Both the position numbers and the translations under genes were made by a program. Shown here piece after piece: positions 52,965 to 64,000 of a stretch of DNA of 64,000 bases (the stretch's first letter is position 1; the number at the start of each line of letters is the position of its first letter). The stretch comes from Phoronis australis (Eukaryota > Animalia > Phoronida), in NCBI GenBank assembly GCA_002633005.1, contig NMRA01000041.1, positions 1,245,294 to 1,309,293 of the forward strand, in the 5' to 3' direction. The notes under the pieces were generated by a model that was not told the origin of the DNA, did not search any database, and saw only the letters and a program-made list of their open reading frames with translations.

Positions 52965-54521
52965 TTTTGTCAGACATGAAGTGCAAATCACAGTTTACTG
53001 TGTGTCGAAAACGGCTGTTTTCTTCTGTTAACCTTCCGCCTTGAACGACTATGACATCATTGTCTTCAATTTCCCGGATGTACCCATGTCCCGGGGAGCA
53101 ATTGTTTTCCATGTGGTCTGCAAATAAAACGGAGTGAGACTACATGTGGAATACGCATGCAGCGTTTTCTTATAACCGAAGCCTAGCAAATGTAGTAGTA
53201 ATCTTGTGAATTGATTGAACGTAGAAACTACTGAACATTTGCCCTCGAGGTCAAAGAGTCCTCAGTGAAGCAAAACCGTTGAGCCACCCGGCGTCGAGCT
53301 ATCAAGCACAGGTCACACACAACCGTGTAATGAAATTAACAACAAATGTTTCGAATCGGGTCAATCAGAGCATTTCTGAGAGACCAGAGAATGTATAAAG
53401 ATGGCAATCAAATCGATATCATTATACTATAACTTCCTCGTTGTCTGGTCCGCACACTGCAATTAGCTTAATGCTGCATGAAAACGGAGACATTCAATTA
53501 AAGTCTCTCTCTCTCTCTCTCGGGATGTCCTCGGACAACTAGGGTGAGATTTATTCACATTCGTCCGTGTTTCACGCTGAAAACATTCTTCGAACTTGGT
53601 AATGTAATATGCAACACATTCGCAAACTGCAGGGTGTTTTAGTAGCAATCACAGTGGGCAAATAAATTACGCGGCCTGCGCCAGTCTTTCGCGCCTTATC
53701 GCGCGGCCAGGCCCGGCGTGTAAATTAGGCCCGTTACAAATTCTTCAAGTAATCAGGCTTAACATGAACAGTACTTCAATATCAAAAGCATGCGGTTAGG
53801 ACCAATATCTATGGAAATATGAATGACTTCCGTTTTTCACATTTCGGAGTTGGCTAACGGTGACAAAGCCAATGGGAAGGTCTGACTTTTTACACTTATT
53901 TCCATTAAAACATTTTTTAATATTGCTATTTCTAGACCAAGTTGCACAACAGTCACATCCATGCCCGTGGGAAGGTAAACATTTTGGAGGCACGTGCCCC
54001 CCCGCTTCCTGAGACCTTGATATCAGTAGAAACCCCCATCGTTTGGTGTGCTAGGATAAAAAAAGAAGAAAAAACTATTTTCAAACACTGAATAGAATTT
54101 TAACTTTAAGCCCCAACATCGCCTAGCTATGCAAGTTAATCACAGCTGTAGAAATATGTATATTATAACAGGACTTCGCGAACTAATTATCAGCTGATAA
54201 ACTGAGCAAATTAATTCATTGACTAATTGGAACTAATAATCATGTCGGCATCAAACTTTGTCTTCATTAATGTTCTTTTGATCTGCGAGATGTTAAATCT
54301 CTCAGATTGCACTGAGTAATGAGATTTACAGAAATCTGTACGCATGCAGCAATATGATCGTTTTATTATGGCAGACACGTTAATTTGATCTTGTATGCAT
54401 CCCCATATTGTATATTTACATTTCTAGTTGAATAAATTACTTTCATTCTCCGTGTCTCTGCCTAGCTTTCTTTCACCGTGAGTGTCCATCTCTCTGAAAA
54501 TTTAAGACTATGGCCCATGGT

Positions 54522-54562
54522 CAGGGACGGATCCCCTTGCCCCCCCTCTAAATCCGCCACTG
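54522..54562. mobile_element. 41-bp minimal hAT5-like MITE
   Basis: ATGGT|CAGGGACGGAT ... ATCCGCCACTG|ATGGT, a perfect 5-bp TSD. Confidence 0.8.
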
Positions 54563-54895
54563 ATGGTAACGGGGTTTTCCTAAAATGGACAGGGATTCCC
54601 CATGTCTCCTGGTAATCCAGAAATATCAAAATAGGTAATTTGGACAACTATAGACTTGAAGAAAACCGTTGGAGTTGAGACCTTAGGGGGGACCAGAATG
54701 AGTAGAGTTTCACTGCCAAAGTTTCCAAACTCGAGTTGTGAGAAATCCGTACAGATCTTATAACGATATTGAAGATTGACCTACAACTAGAAGTGAGCCA
54801 TACGTTGGCAACCGAACGTCGAAAATTCATTGTTTTCACCACGTCGGTGTACTACGACGTATGTCGGCAAACTGTGACCTGTGTAGATTTCATTA

Positions 54896-54994
54896 ACGCT
54901 AGGACCTCGCTAAAAATCAAGACTTCGCGAGAGTACGGGAAATTTTATCGTGAGAACACGAGATTTTGGCTAGACATTAGCGAGGTCCTGGCGT
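54896..54994. repeat. ~100-bp hairpin or mini-MITE
   Basis: ACGCTAGGACCTCGCTAA ... TTAGCGAGGTCCTGGCGT (17/18 match). Confidence 0.7.
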
Positions 54995-56599
54995 AGGTCC
55001 TACCGTTACTGAACTCTACTCTGGCTTTCTAATACAGAATTTTTATTCCGTGTAATTAGGCCACTAGTCCCTTTTAACAAACACACTAAGCAAACTATAC
55101 AAAACGGCTTTCAGGTCGTAAGAAGAGGGGACATTCAAAAATACAATGTAACATGATGATTCACACACCAAAACCTCAAAATGTTTTTTTTTTCTAAACT
55201 CGTGAAAACAGTGGAAACGGATGAACTGATAATACTCACAGCTCCATTCTCTTATCATTCGTCCTGTAACGGTTGAAATCACTATGATGCTGCAGAATAT
55301 CACAAAATGTGTCTTTAACATCAGAGAGCCTTTAACAACGGCAAGCGTCATTTTCTTATGTACCAGTTTACCTTTGCCCTCACCAAGATCGTTCTTAATC
55401 GAAAGTCAGGCGCGTGGATAAAATGTTTATAGTATGAAGTATTTTGGTGCGGATATCGGAATGCAGTAATTAATCCACTGGAGAAATAGGCGTGGGTCTC
55501 ACGGACGAGCCTTCGTAGAAACTTAATGTCCACTATGAACAAGTGAAATCAACACCAGTTCTGGACACAATTGAAACTTCGGATCACTCACTCTTAATTT
55601 GTCACACTGACGCATGGTTGGGGGCGTTTTGTAATTTACCACTTGGAAAGCAAATCTGAAGTACAAAATAAACATTTGAAAGTAAAAAAGTCATGATCTT
55701 ATACTAAATACATATGTAGAACATGTGCTCACTCATATATTGAACATTGAACCGTTGAGTATACAGTGCGAATTTCAATTCCTGATATGGATCAGTCCAT
55801 ATGTTCCCTGCGGTACCAAAAAACCGCATTATGGGCATGGATGGCGTGCACCATAGGGAGCTGGGAGGCAATAGCCCCTCCCAAATTATTTCAGTGCTGT
55901 GCCGCCCATGCGCCGACATGCCGTTTTTTGGTCTCACGCGAACATTTGTTCATCGAAACATGTTGACTAATCAAAAAAGGAAAACAAAAAGTTTATCAAA
56001 TAACCAAAATCAATCAACCAAAAATGCTGGATCACACTCGATGTATCCAAAACAGACAAGAAAGTCAATACTTAACATGCTTTCAATACTTGTTTGGCTT
56101 TTTTATTCCGTTACGTTCCTATCTGTACACGAAAATAATAGAAGTGTGTTCAAGTACTCGCCTTCGCCATCAGTAAGTAAACATGTCTTCCTGAGCGCCA
56201 AAATAACAGATCAATTCCACTCAGTCTCCTTTCTGCTGAATACTCCCGACACTAAAACGTTCCACCTCGTTTCTTCTCAGCTACTCAAATGACCAGACCA
56301 ATAATCGTATTGCAAATAGTGCTAATTAATACTGTTAGTATAGGCTGTTCAGAATCATATAAACACGTGAGCCCGCTAGCTCATAGGGTAGGGAACAGTG
56401 ATCGAATCCTGATGCAAGCAACTAATGAAAGCGCTGAAGTTGTCAACTCTTTCTTTAAATATCAGGGAATTAAATTTCATCTGCATCATAGACATACGGG
56501 TTAATGGAGCATGCCGGGGCATCCATGACACCTGATGCACACAAAAATGTGTTCGTTTTAAAAAGTATCCAAGTGAAGGTGAATCGTTTTCCCCGCACA

Positions 56600-57030
56600 A
56601 AAATTGAAATTCGCACTCTGAAGACGCATTTGTAGAATTTGATCTTTGAATTTATACCAAATGGTGCCTAAATAGGTCACTTGACCTTGCTTTTTAGGAA
56701 TGTTTAGCAAAAAAAAGAAAGATACATCCATAGCAAAGCATCAGGATCAATAACACGACAAAATTTCGTAATGCTATGACAAAGTCTCAAAAAAGATTTT
56801 ACAGTTTTCTAAATTATAGTTTCATTTTCGTTCTACATGTATGTAACATAAAATCATAAAAGTAATGTTCCTAGTTTTCGATAGCCCCTCATGAAAAAGT
56901 GGAACATTTTACAAACAATTCTTAACAACGTTTTAGAGAACAGTGTATAAAGTATATCTGAAAGGTTCATGTGACATTTCTGAGAAGTCGGCCAAACTTG
57001 TAATTTTTCTACCTGGGTCCTACATAATCT
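56600..57030 (-). repeat. diverged interspersed repeat, copy 3 of 3
   Basis: gtcacttgaccttgcttttt (~56676), tacagttttct and tttttctacctgggtcctaca (~57005) match the other two copies. Confidence 0.55.
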
Positions 57031-57219
57031 TAACGGGAAAAATGATCTAATTTCTGCTATATTCCGTATTCGATTTGAACTCTGCTTAGTGTCAGCTTCT
57101 TTTCAACAAACCCTTTGTGGTTTGCCTACATCGCTTCGGCTAACCCAACGTGTGTTGGAGTAGAACCATCAAACTCGCCAAAAACCAAGATCGCGCGTGA
57201 CAACACAAAATCACGAATA

Positions 57220-57504
57220 AATGGGCGCACCCGGGGGGGAGGTCAAATGAGCCCCCCAATTTTGCGAATTGGGCAAAAACGTCCGCCTCAGTGAAACAAA
57301 AAGCCCGAGTAAACGAGACAAAAGTCCACAAAGTCCACAGGACTTCGGCGCCGATGCACGATTGGCAGGGCCTGAACCTAGTGACCCCATTTTCTTTTCT
57401 TTTTTTTTAGTCCTCGTTGATTTTTTTCAGTAAGAGGATCCGCATACCAAAGAATTCGAGCCCCCCTTCATATATATATATATTTTAGGTTGGGTGCGCG
57501 CAAG
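57220..57504. mobile_element. hAT5-like MITE of the CATGCGCGCACCC subfamily, decayed
   Basis: aATGGGCGCACCC ... GGGTGCGCGCAaG; flanks gaata/ggata; interior is related, in inverted orientation, to 63357-63611. Confidence 0.65.
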
Positions 57505-57794
57505 GGATAGGCAAGTCTTTCGCGATTATCCTCTGGAGCTTAGGCCTATACTATCAAAATAGTGTCTACTGAGATGCTTGGTCAGTGAGACTAACATTTT
57601 GAATCATGGGATAGAATTCACTATTCCCGTTCCATAAGCGAATATTTCTCGTCACAATTTAGTGCTCCGCGGCTGTCTTAGGTCTGCGGAACACGCCTCT
57701 GGCTTTTCGAAAATGCACAACAGTTGTCGATGTTGACCTGTATTTCGTTCATTTGACATTATTATGTTTATTTCGTTGTTGTACAGAATGTCTC

Positions 57795-58022
57795 CGGGGC
57801 GGATACTGGATTTTGAGTTAGGGGGGCCAGGGCACAGGAATAACCAGAATTTCGCAACACGTGCGCGCCCAGCCCAAAATGTAGGGATCTCGATTTTTCG
57901 GACCTTATGACTAAAAAAAAACGGCAAGCGGAGTTTGTTCAAGGCCTAGGCATTGTGCATTCGCCCTCCCCCAAAATTTTAGGGGGGCATGGCCCCTTGG
58001 TTCCCCCCTGAATCCGCCACTT
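57795..58022. mobile_element. hAT5-like hairpin MITE
   Basis: CGGGGCGGATACTGGATTTTGAGTTAGGGGGG ... CCCCCCTGAATCCGCCACT; gtctc (extendable to tgtctccg) is repeated at both flanks. Confidence 0.75.
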
Positions 58023-58089
58023 GTCTCCGTCCCACACACCGACAATTACACAATGCATTACAAAACTTACATACCAACATCGTCCCTCC

Positions 58090-58790
58090 TCGTTGCCCTG
58101 AGCTGCTAACTAATACTTGGCTAAGTTGAAATAACCACACTTCAGCATGACATATTTTAGCGCAACATCAAAGTCCATACTCATAACCTTGAAAGTTGAT
58201 CTTAAATCGTGATTAAGTGGACACCCAATCAAGACAATGACATCCTTCTGCTCCAATGTGTAGGTCACAAACGCACATAATTTATTTTGCCCGTTTGCCC
58301 GTTGATTTTCTAATATGTCTTCCTCTTTGTTGTAAGATACGATTTGAACATCTAAATCTTGATTTAAAACCTTCACATGTTTTCTAAATTTCACACTTGT
58401 GAAATACTTTTCCATGCGTAATTGATGTTTGAATACTCTGTAAGTATCACAGTAATTTTTTGACAATCAATATTTCCTCATGGTACTGTTGCCCACCAGC
58501 TTGAATCTCCTAACTTCTTTCTTTAAACTCCCTCAGAAATAAGCCCTCGTCCTCGACTGCCCGAGTTTCCCAAACAATACGAAACCTAAATTTAAACTGT
58601 AATTGCTTCACACATAACGCAAAACAGTTGATATTTCGTTCAGCCACATTATATAGACAGTAATAACAAATTTTCATATAGCTGTTCTCCCCATTAAAGC
58701 AATTTCAACCATTATTTGATAATTAATAAAAATCTTAATGTCCCATGCCTTGCCGTCCCAGTTCTCGCCTGGCCATTACCCCCAGAAAAA
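58090..58790 (-). mobile_element. degenerate 3' end of a non-LTR retrotransposon ORF2 (RTE-X-like)
   Basis: Minus strand gives ELGR (~58750), then DTYRVFKHQLRMEKYF and LC....EQKD....IGCP..HDLR, the decayed post-RT / C-terminal zinc-knuckle pattern; stops and frameshifts present. Confidence 0.65.
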
Positions 58791-58996
58791 CATCCTTTCA
58801 GATTCGTTAGCCCTAAAGTAAATCATCAGTAGGTACGCACGTGTGGTCACGTAAAAATGGAGGATCAGTGGATTGGAAAAGGGAAGTTACTTAATTAATA
58901 GAGCAACTTTCTACGCTATTTTTGAAAAAAATACACAGCCAAATGCATAAACTTGAAACGCATTGTTTAACTTTCTGCTGCACCCATTATAAAAAG

Positions 58997-59186
58997 CATG
59001 GGCGAATCCAGGATTTTGAGTTAGGGGGGCTAGGGCAGAGTATTTGCCAAGAATTTGACCGTCAGACATTCCCACCCCCGAACTGCCAAATGTAATATGG
59101 GAGAATTTTAGGGGGGGNNNNNNNNNNNNNNNNNNNNNNNNNNNNNNNNNNNNNNNNNNNNNNNNCCCCCTCTAAATCCGCCACTG
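58997..59186. mobile_element. hAT5-like hairpin MITE spanning the N gap (59118-59165)
   Basis: AAAAG|CATGGGCGAATCCAG ... CTAAATCCGCCACTG|AAAAG, a perfect 5-bp TSD. Confidence 0.85.
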
Positions 59187-60194
59187 AAAAGTGATGTTTT
59201 CTACTGAAAACGTATTCATAATAAAGCTTCATTTTGTAAAAGTAACTCAAATTTTATATTATTTATTGGCTGGTCCTGGATAAACCTCTTCATTAGTTGA
59301 TTTTGTTAAGGGTACCTGTTTCCACCTATTGCCCAGGCTCCAGTTGTTGGGTTGGTCTGGATTTTAAATGTGCGATGGCTATTCCTTACCTTACTTGGAG
59401 TAACCCCCCCCCCCCTGAAACAGTTCACTTTGCGCCCAAGTTAACTCGTAAGAAAGTCAATTGCTAACCCTGTTTTACTTACCTTCCGAACAAGTTCGAT
59501 TTTGTAAGTCGCAGTGAAACTTCAATAATTAGGATGGAGAGATTTCAGTGAAGGGACGAATACACGAACTAAAACAACGTACCTCGGAAATTTCTCCGCA
59601 TTAACTGGGCATGAATCATTTAGATCAACTTCTCGAGTAAAGCTAGTGGTCAATTGTTTCGCTTGGAAAGCACATGGCTACAGCTTGCAAATACTTCCTA
59701 AATTTCGCTTTCCTGGTGGAAAGTTTTCAGCTCCATTCTTAGAACCACTTTCTACAACCTATCAAACTACATGTTTGGAGTTTTTTAACGAGACATTTTA
59801 CGGTATTAGAATCATGTTACAGTAGGCTACTTCACGGAAAGAATTAAGCGAAACTTGGTGTCTGAGTGTTTGTTAGTAATGGATGTGTTTACGTAACTTT
59901 CGAAAAAATGGTCGAGCATTTGCGTAGCTAATTGTGTGTGTATGTACACAGACACGCGCGCACAATTGTCTGCAGCTTTTCAACTCACAGTATCCAATAT
60001 GGGTGTGATATATGAATGGGCTCAATGGCAGCTATGTTCGGAGAAGGTTCATTTCTTTCCCCTTTTCATAATTCGATTTTTATGCGCCAATTGTTTAGGA
60101 GGAATATCATAAAGATACATGATACAAGAGCAACGCGGAGCGTTGAAATGCGCCCACGAATGCATTGCAAATGGTGTGCTTTTAGGGTTATTAA

Positions 60195-61441
60195 TTTGTA
60201 TCATAAAAATAGCCACTACATGGCGCAAAAACATACCATCCATCCATCCAAAAATAGGAACATGCCATATTTCATAAAAATCTGTCAAGGAACTTCAGAG
60301 ACACAAAGGCCGAGGAAAACAGAATAAAATGAAATTGCCACTAGTGGGCACAGTGTCCGTTGGATCCGCCTTTGAAGCTACTGAGTTAAACGTAAAAAAC
60401 TAAAAATGTCACTAGGGGGCACAGCAGTAGTCAGATCTGTCCAAAAGTCGTCGTCATCCGTAGTCAACATCACTAAATACACTTCCTAAATTAAGTAAAG
60501 ATACTGCGAACGGTTTAGGAGATACAGCCATAGAAGCAACAAAATCAAAAATGCTACTAGGACGCGGCACAGTACTCGAAATCGTCGGAACATCAGCGTC
60601 AACCGTCCTCTTTATAGTTAGCACATACATGCCAATTTTCCCAATCATCCTTTGAGCGGTTTGGTTGATAGAAGGGTGAACGCAAAAAACAGACTCGAAA
60701 ACAGTACAAATGACCACTAGGTGGCGCAAACTACGCCGAATCCATCCAAAAACGGAAGGATAGCGTCATCTCACTAATAGGTGCCTACATATTAAATTTC
60801 ATGAAAATCCGTTAAAGACTTTTGAAGATACAAAGGAAAACGTAAAAAAAAAATCATAATTGCGACTAGAGGGCACACCGGTAGTCGGATCCGTCCAAAA
60901 GTCGTCGTCGTCCATTGTTAACATCATATAAACACACTTACTAAATTTCGTAAAGATCCTGTGAACAGTTTAGGAGATACAGGCATAGGCGCAAAAAAAC
61001 TACCACTAGGAGGCGCCACAGTAGTCGAAATCGTCAAACACGCCAATTTTCACAACCAGCCTTCAAGCGGTTTAGTTGATAGAGAGGTGGACGCAAAAAA
61101 ACAGCCTCGAAAACAGTAAAAATGGCCATTAGGTGACGTAAACTACGTCGAATCCATCCGAAAAAGGGAGGATAGCGTTATCTCACTAATAGGTGCCTAC
61201 ATACCAAATTTCATGAAAATACGTTCAGGACTTTTGAAGATACACAGGTAAGCGTAAGAAACTAAAATTGTCACTAGGGGGCACACCGGTAATCGGAACC
61301 GTCTGAAAGTTCGCTCATGGCGTCCCATTCATAAAATGGAGTGCCAAATTTCATGAATGTATGTCAAAGGGTTTTGGAGACAGAGTAGCGGACGCCGGAC
61401 GGACGGAGATGACGGCATATAAACATGTGGGAGCATAAAAA
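60195..61441 (+). mobile_element. tandem-subunit element resembling non-autonomous Helitron/Helentron-associated repeats
   Basis: ~140-bp subunits (aaat.gccactag..ggc...tcc..ccaaaa...aaatttcatgaaaa...gagatac) form a ~410-455-bp higher-order repeat. The element ends in ccaaatttcatgaa...ggacggacgga...gcataaaaa. Family assignment is inferred. Confidence 0.7.
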
Positions 61442-63356
61442 TGTTTTTGTCACTGTAGTAAGCTTGTTAAACAAATCCATCATATTTGCTTTGCACTTGT
61501 GGAAGTTTGGCAATGGCAGCTATGGCGAGAGTGGTCTCACTGTGTCTGTCTATCTATTTCAGGAAGGGATTAAGTAGATACAGATGTGGAGGTCAGATGA
61601 CCAGACAGATGTGACTACAAAATGCAACCACATACATTTTGGCATGTGTCAGACAATGACAATTCAATAAAGCCCCAACTGGTAGAGATATACTATTTAA
61701 TAATGCCACTTAAGATTCCAAAACAATTCACACCAACTCCCCTTGACCACGTGTCATGTGCAACTTAACTCCATTCAACTATACCAGTCAATGAGACAAT
61801 CGAGTACTCGGCAAATACAAAATGGCAACACCACACAAAGATTGTTATCAAAAACTTCAACATTGCCAGTAAATATTGCAAGGTGACTTAGCCAACTGAT
61901 CCATTTTATGGTGAAAAGTGATTCACTACCTTTTTTTTCATTCACAGTGGTCCATTGCACAGAAAGTAGGCAAGATATATCAATCAGCAACACTCAAGCA
62001 AATCACGCTGGCACTAAAAGTGTAATACTTCATTCTACTCAACTGAAAGCTGAAGATCGTCACAAAAAAACAATGATAAAGAGGTGTCTTAACCCAAAGA
62101 TCAACATTCCAGTCCTTCCACTTTACAACTAATCTAAGAGACTAGTCAATTGACAGTGCTATCAACAGGACAGTGTTCTGAATACACAAGAGACTTGAAG
62201 TCTTTGTGATATATCACCATGTATTACAAGCAAAGAACGTGATCGCACAAATTTTCTCGTGAGTGTGTACATGGAATACATCAAAGTTATTAAGTACAAG
62301 TGTCCAACTGTGTTACACGTTCCATGGAGGTAATGTTAGTCTTCAACAGTAGGCACTCATGAGCTGGATTCTGACGACAGGTGAACTATTTCATGGAAAG
62401 CCCGCACTAAAGGGAGGGTTTGAAGAAGCTTTTTGTACTCGGCCACAGCATCCATGTTTATAGTATATTCATACATTCGGCCTGAAAATACAAAATGTTT
62501 TACTTTGTATTTTGACACAGCATTGAATTCTAAGTCAGATAATGAAATTTTGGCTTATCATAATACCTTAATTTTAGAAGATGTTGTTTCCATGGATACT
62601 TTTCAGTACAGTTTCTAAAAAATCAGAAACAGCATTTGGATATATCTGTACAAACAGCCTTATCACTATGCAGTTCTTTCGGAAACTTAAGTCAAATGTC
62701 TGTTACTTCACAAATTAATAAAAATTCTAGAATTACACTGCCATGACTACAAAATTTACCAGGAAAATTGTCCAGCAGATGTTACAGTCATGAGTTGTTA
62801 TCCCACCATCAGAATCCCTCCCTCTAGATGTTCTACTGTCTTCTTAGCAGCACTTAATCACACTGTATATCTACATAAATCCTTTGATCTACAGTAGTTC
62901 CTTGGAACAATTTGGCAGCCCATGCTGCAAAGCTACCTGTCTATACTGCTTCAACAGAGCCCTCTTCCTAAATTATCCTCTTTCACTGTCACTTTAATTA
63001 CCCTCTCACAAATTTTGTATGTATATAAACACGCACCACACCAGGGTTATTTAACATGCGCCACTGTGGAATTTCCGTTCAACAGCACATTGTCCACAGA
63101 AGGAGACTTAACGGAACTGTATACTGCAGTTGAATCCAATTACAATGTATAACAAAGAACCCAAAAAATCTGAATCCTATGATAATTTGTTGTGACCTGG
63201 GTAGACTTACATACATCAGGTAAAAGTTAAGTTCGTTCTTTATACCTCTGTTGAAATTGTAAATGGGGTACATTGTAATGTGATAGCAACTTGGCTACGG
63301 CAACAAACATGACAATGTCAAAAAACAAAATAAAAAAGTCAACAACTAAAGAACAG

Positions 63357-63611
63357 CATGCGCGCACCCAGCCTTTAATATGGAGGGGCTCGAATCTCTG
63401 ACAAAGTGGACATTTTGCTAACAAAAAAGCGGGAGGAATAAAAAAAAACGAATACCACCTTCAGGTCTGTGAACTGTGCGTCTTCGCCTTTTTAGCGGAC
63501 TTTTGTCTCATTTTCTAGGACTTTTTGTTTCTCTGAGGCCGACCTTTTTACCCACTTCGCCAAATGGGTGGGGCTCATTCGAGCCCCCGAGTACCCATGG
63601 GTGCGCGCATG
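63357..63611. mobile_element. hAT5-like MITE with perfect 14-bp TIR
   Basis: AACAG|CATGCGCGCACCCA ... TGGGTGCGCGCATG|AACAG. Confidence 0.9.
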
Positions 63612-64000
63612 AACAGTACGTCATAGAGAAAAATGGATGGCAGATCTATCCACACTGAATTTCAGATAAATCAGACTAGGGACAGCGGAGCTTTGAAATA
63701 TCGAAAAGTGGCTGCTTTGGAGCCATCTTCAGCCCAAAACCAATAGGCCTTGAGCTATTAAAGAGACACGTGATGTGTGAATTTCATGTCAATCGGATAA
63801 GAAATGCAAACAAAAAGCAAACAAATAAGTAAAATTTATAAATTTAAAGAGGAACTGATTTGCCTAACAATTTCATCAACTTAGAATTAATGTCGTGCAA
63901 ACTGTACTTTGCTGGTTCTTTCAAACCACACCAGCTCAGGTCTGCCTGCTGCCAATCATGGGTGTTACTACCAAACATCCCAATAGATGGTGCTACAGGG

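Larger units (their letters stand above)
46470..55351 (-). pseudogene. decayed sushi/CCP-like (possibly lectin-like) type I membrane receptor gene
   Basis: Ordered exon-like pieces: signal-peptide-like 55264-55351; 52999-53117; PDCF...DWRWRD (~49770-49830); HIDHG (~49445-49527); PNYPAEVFHNY...CDSQNGEWPSNAPGNLC (~48670-48810); SWTNRLPHFQC (~48095-48295); then the TM exon. In-frame stops, frameshifts and non-canonical splice sites occur. Domain calls are by eye. Confidence 0.38.

Overview
Eukaryotic animal DNA: AT-rich, intron-rich and repeat-dense, in a style that suggests a marine invertebrate (the taxon cannot be fixed from this sequence). Nearly all entries in the ORF track are spurious; the real genes are spliced and lie on the minus strand. 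(1) A two-coding-exon FAM167-family (DUF3259) gene at 2139-4405. (2) A complete nine-coding-exon gene at 30475-39134, assembled by hand from splice sites, encoding a 299-aa signal-peptide DUF3105 (TP53I13-like) protein; its first coding intron appears to be GC-AG. The whole transcription unit sits between two inverted copies of one ~0.58-kb MITE. (3) Decayed exons of a probable type I membrane protein (sushi/CCP-like, possibly lectin-like, plus a TM exon) at ~46.5-55.3 kb, partly inside a 2.4-kb duplication that is probably an uncollapsed haplotype at an N junction. Mobile DNA includes GC-rich hairpin MITEs with 5-bp TSDs (hAT5-like), TA-, TTAA- and 3-bp-TSD MITEs, a tRNA-derived SINE head, an RTE-X-like LINE remnant, and a tandem array carrying about nine co-oriented CTCF-like motifs next to a drop in CpG density. 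Indels between the two duplicate copies suggest the abundant TACATGTA motif is a Tc1/mariner excision footprint. No CRISPR array, rRNA or prokaryotic system was seen.
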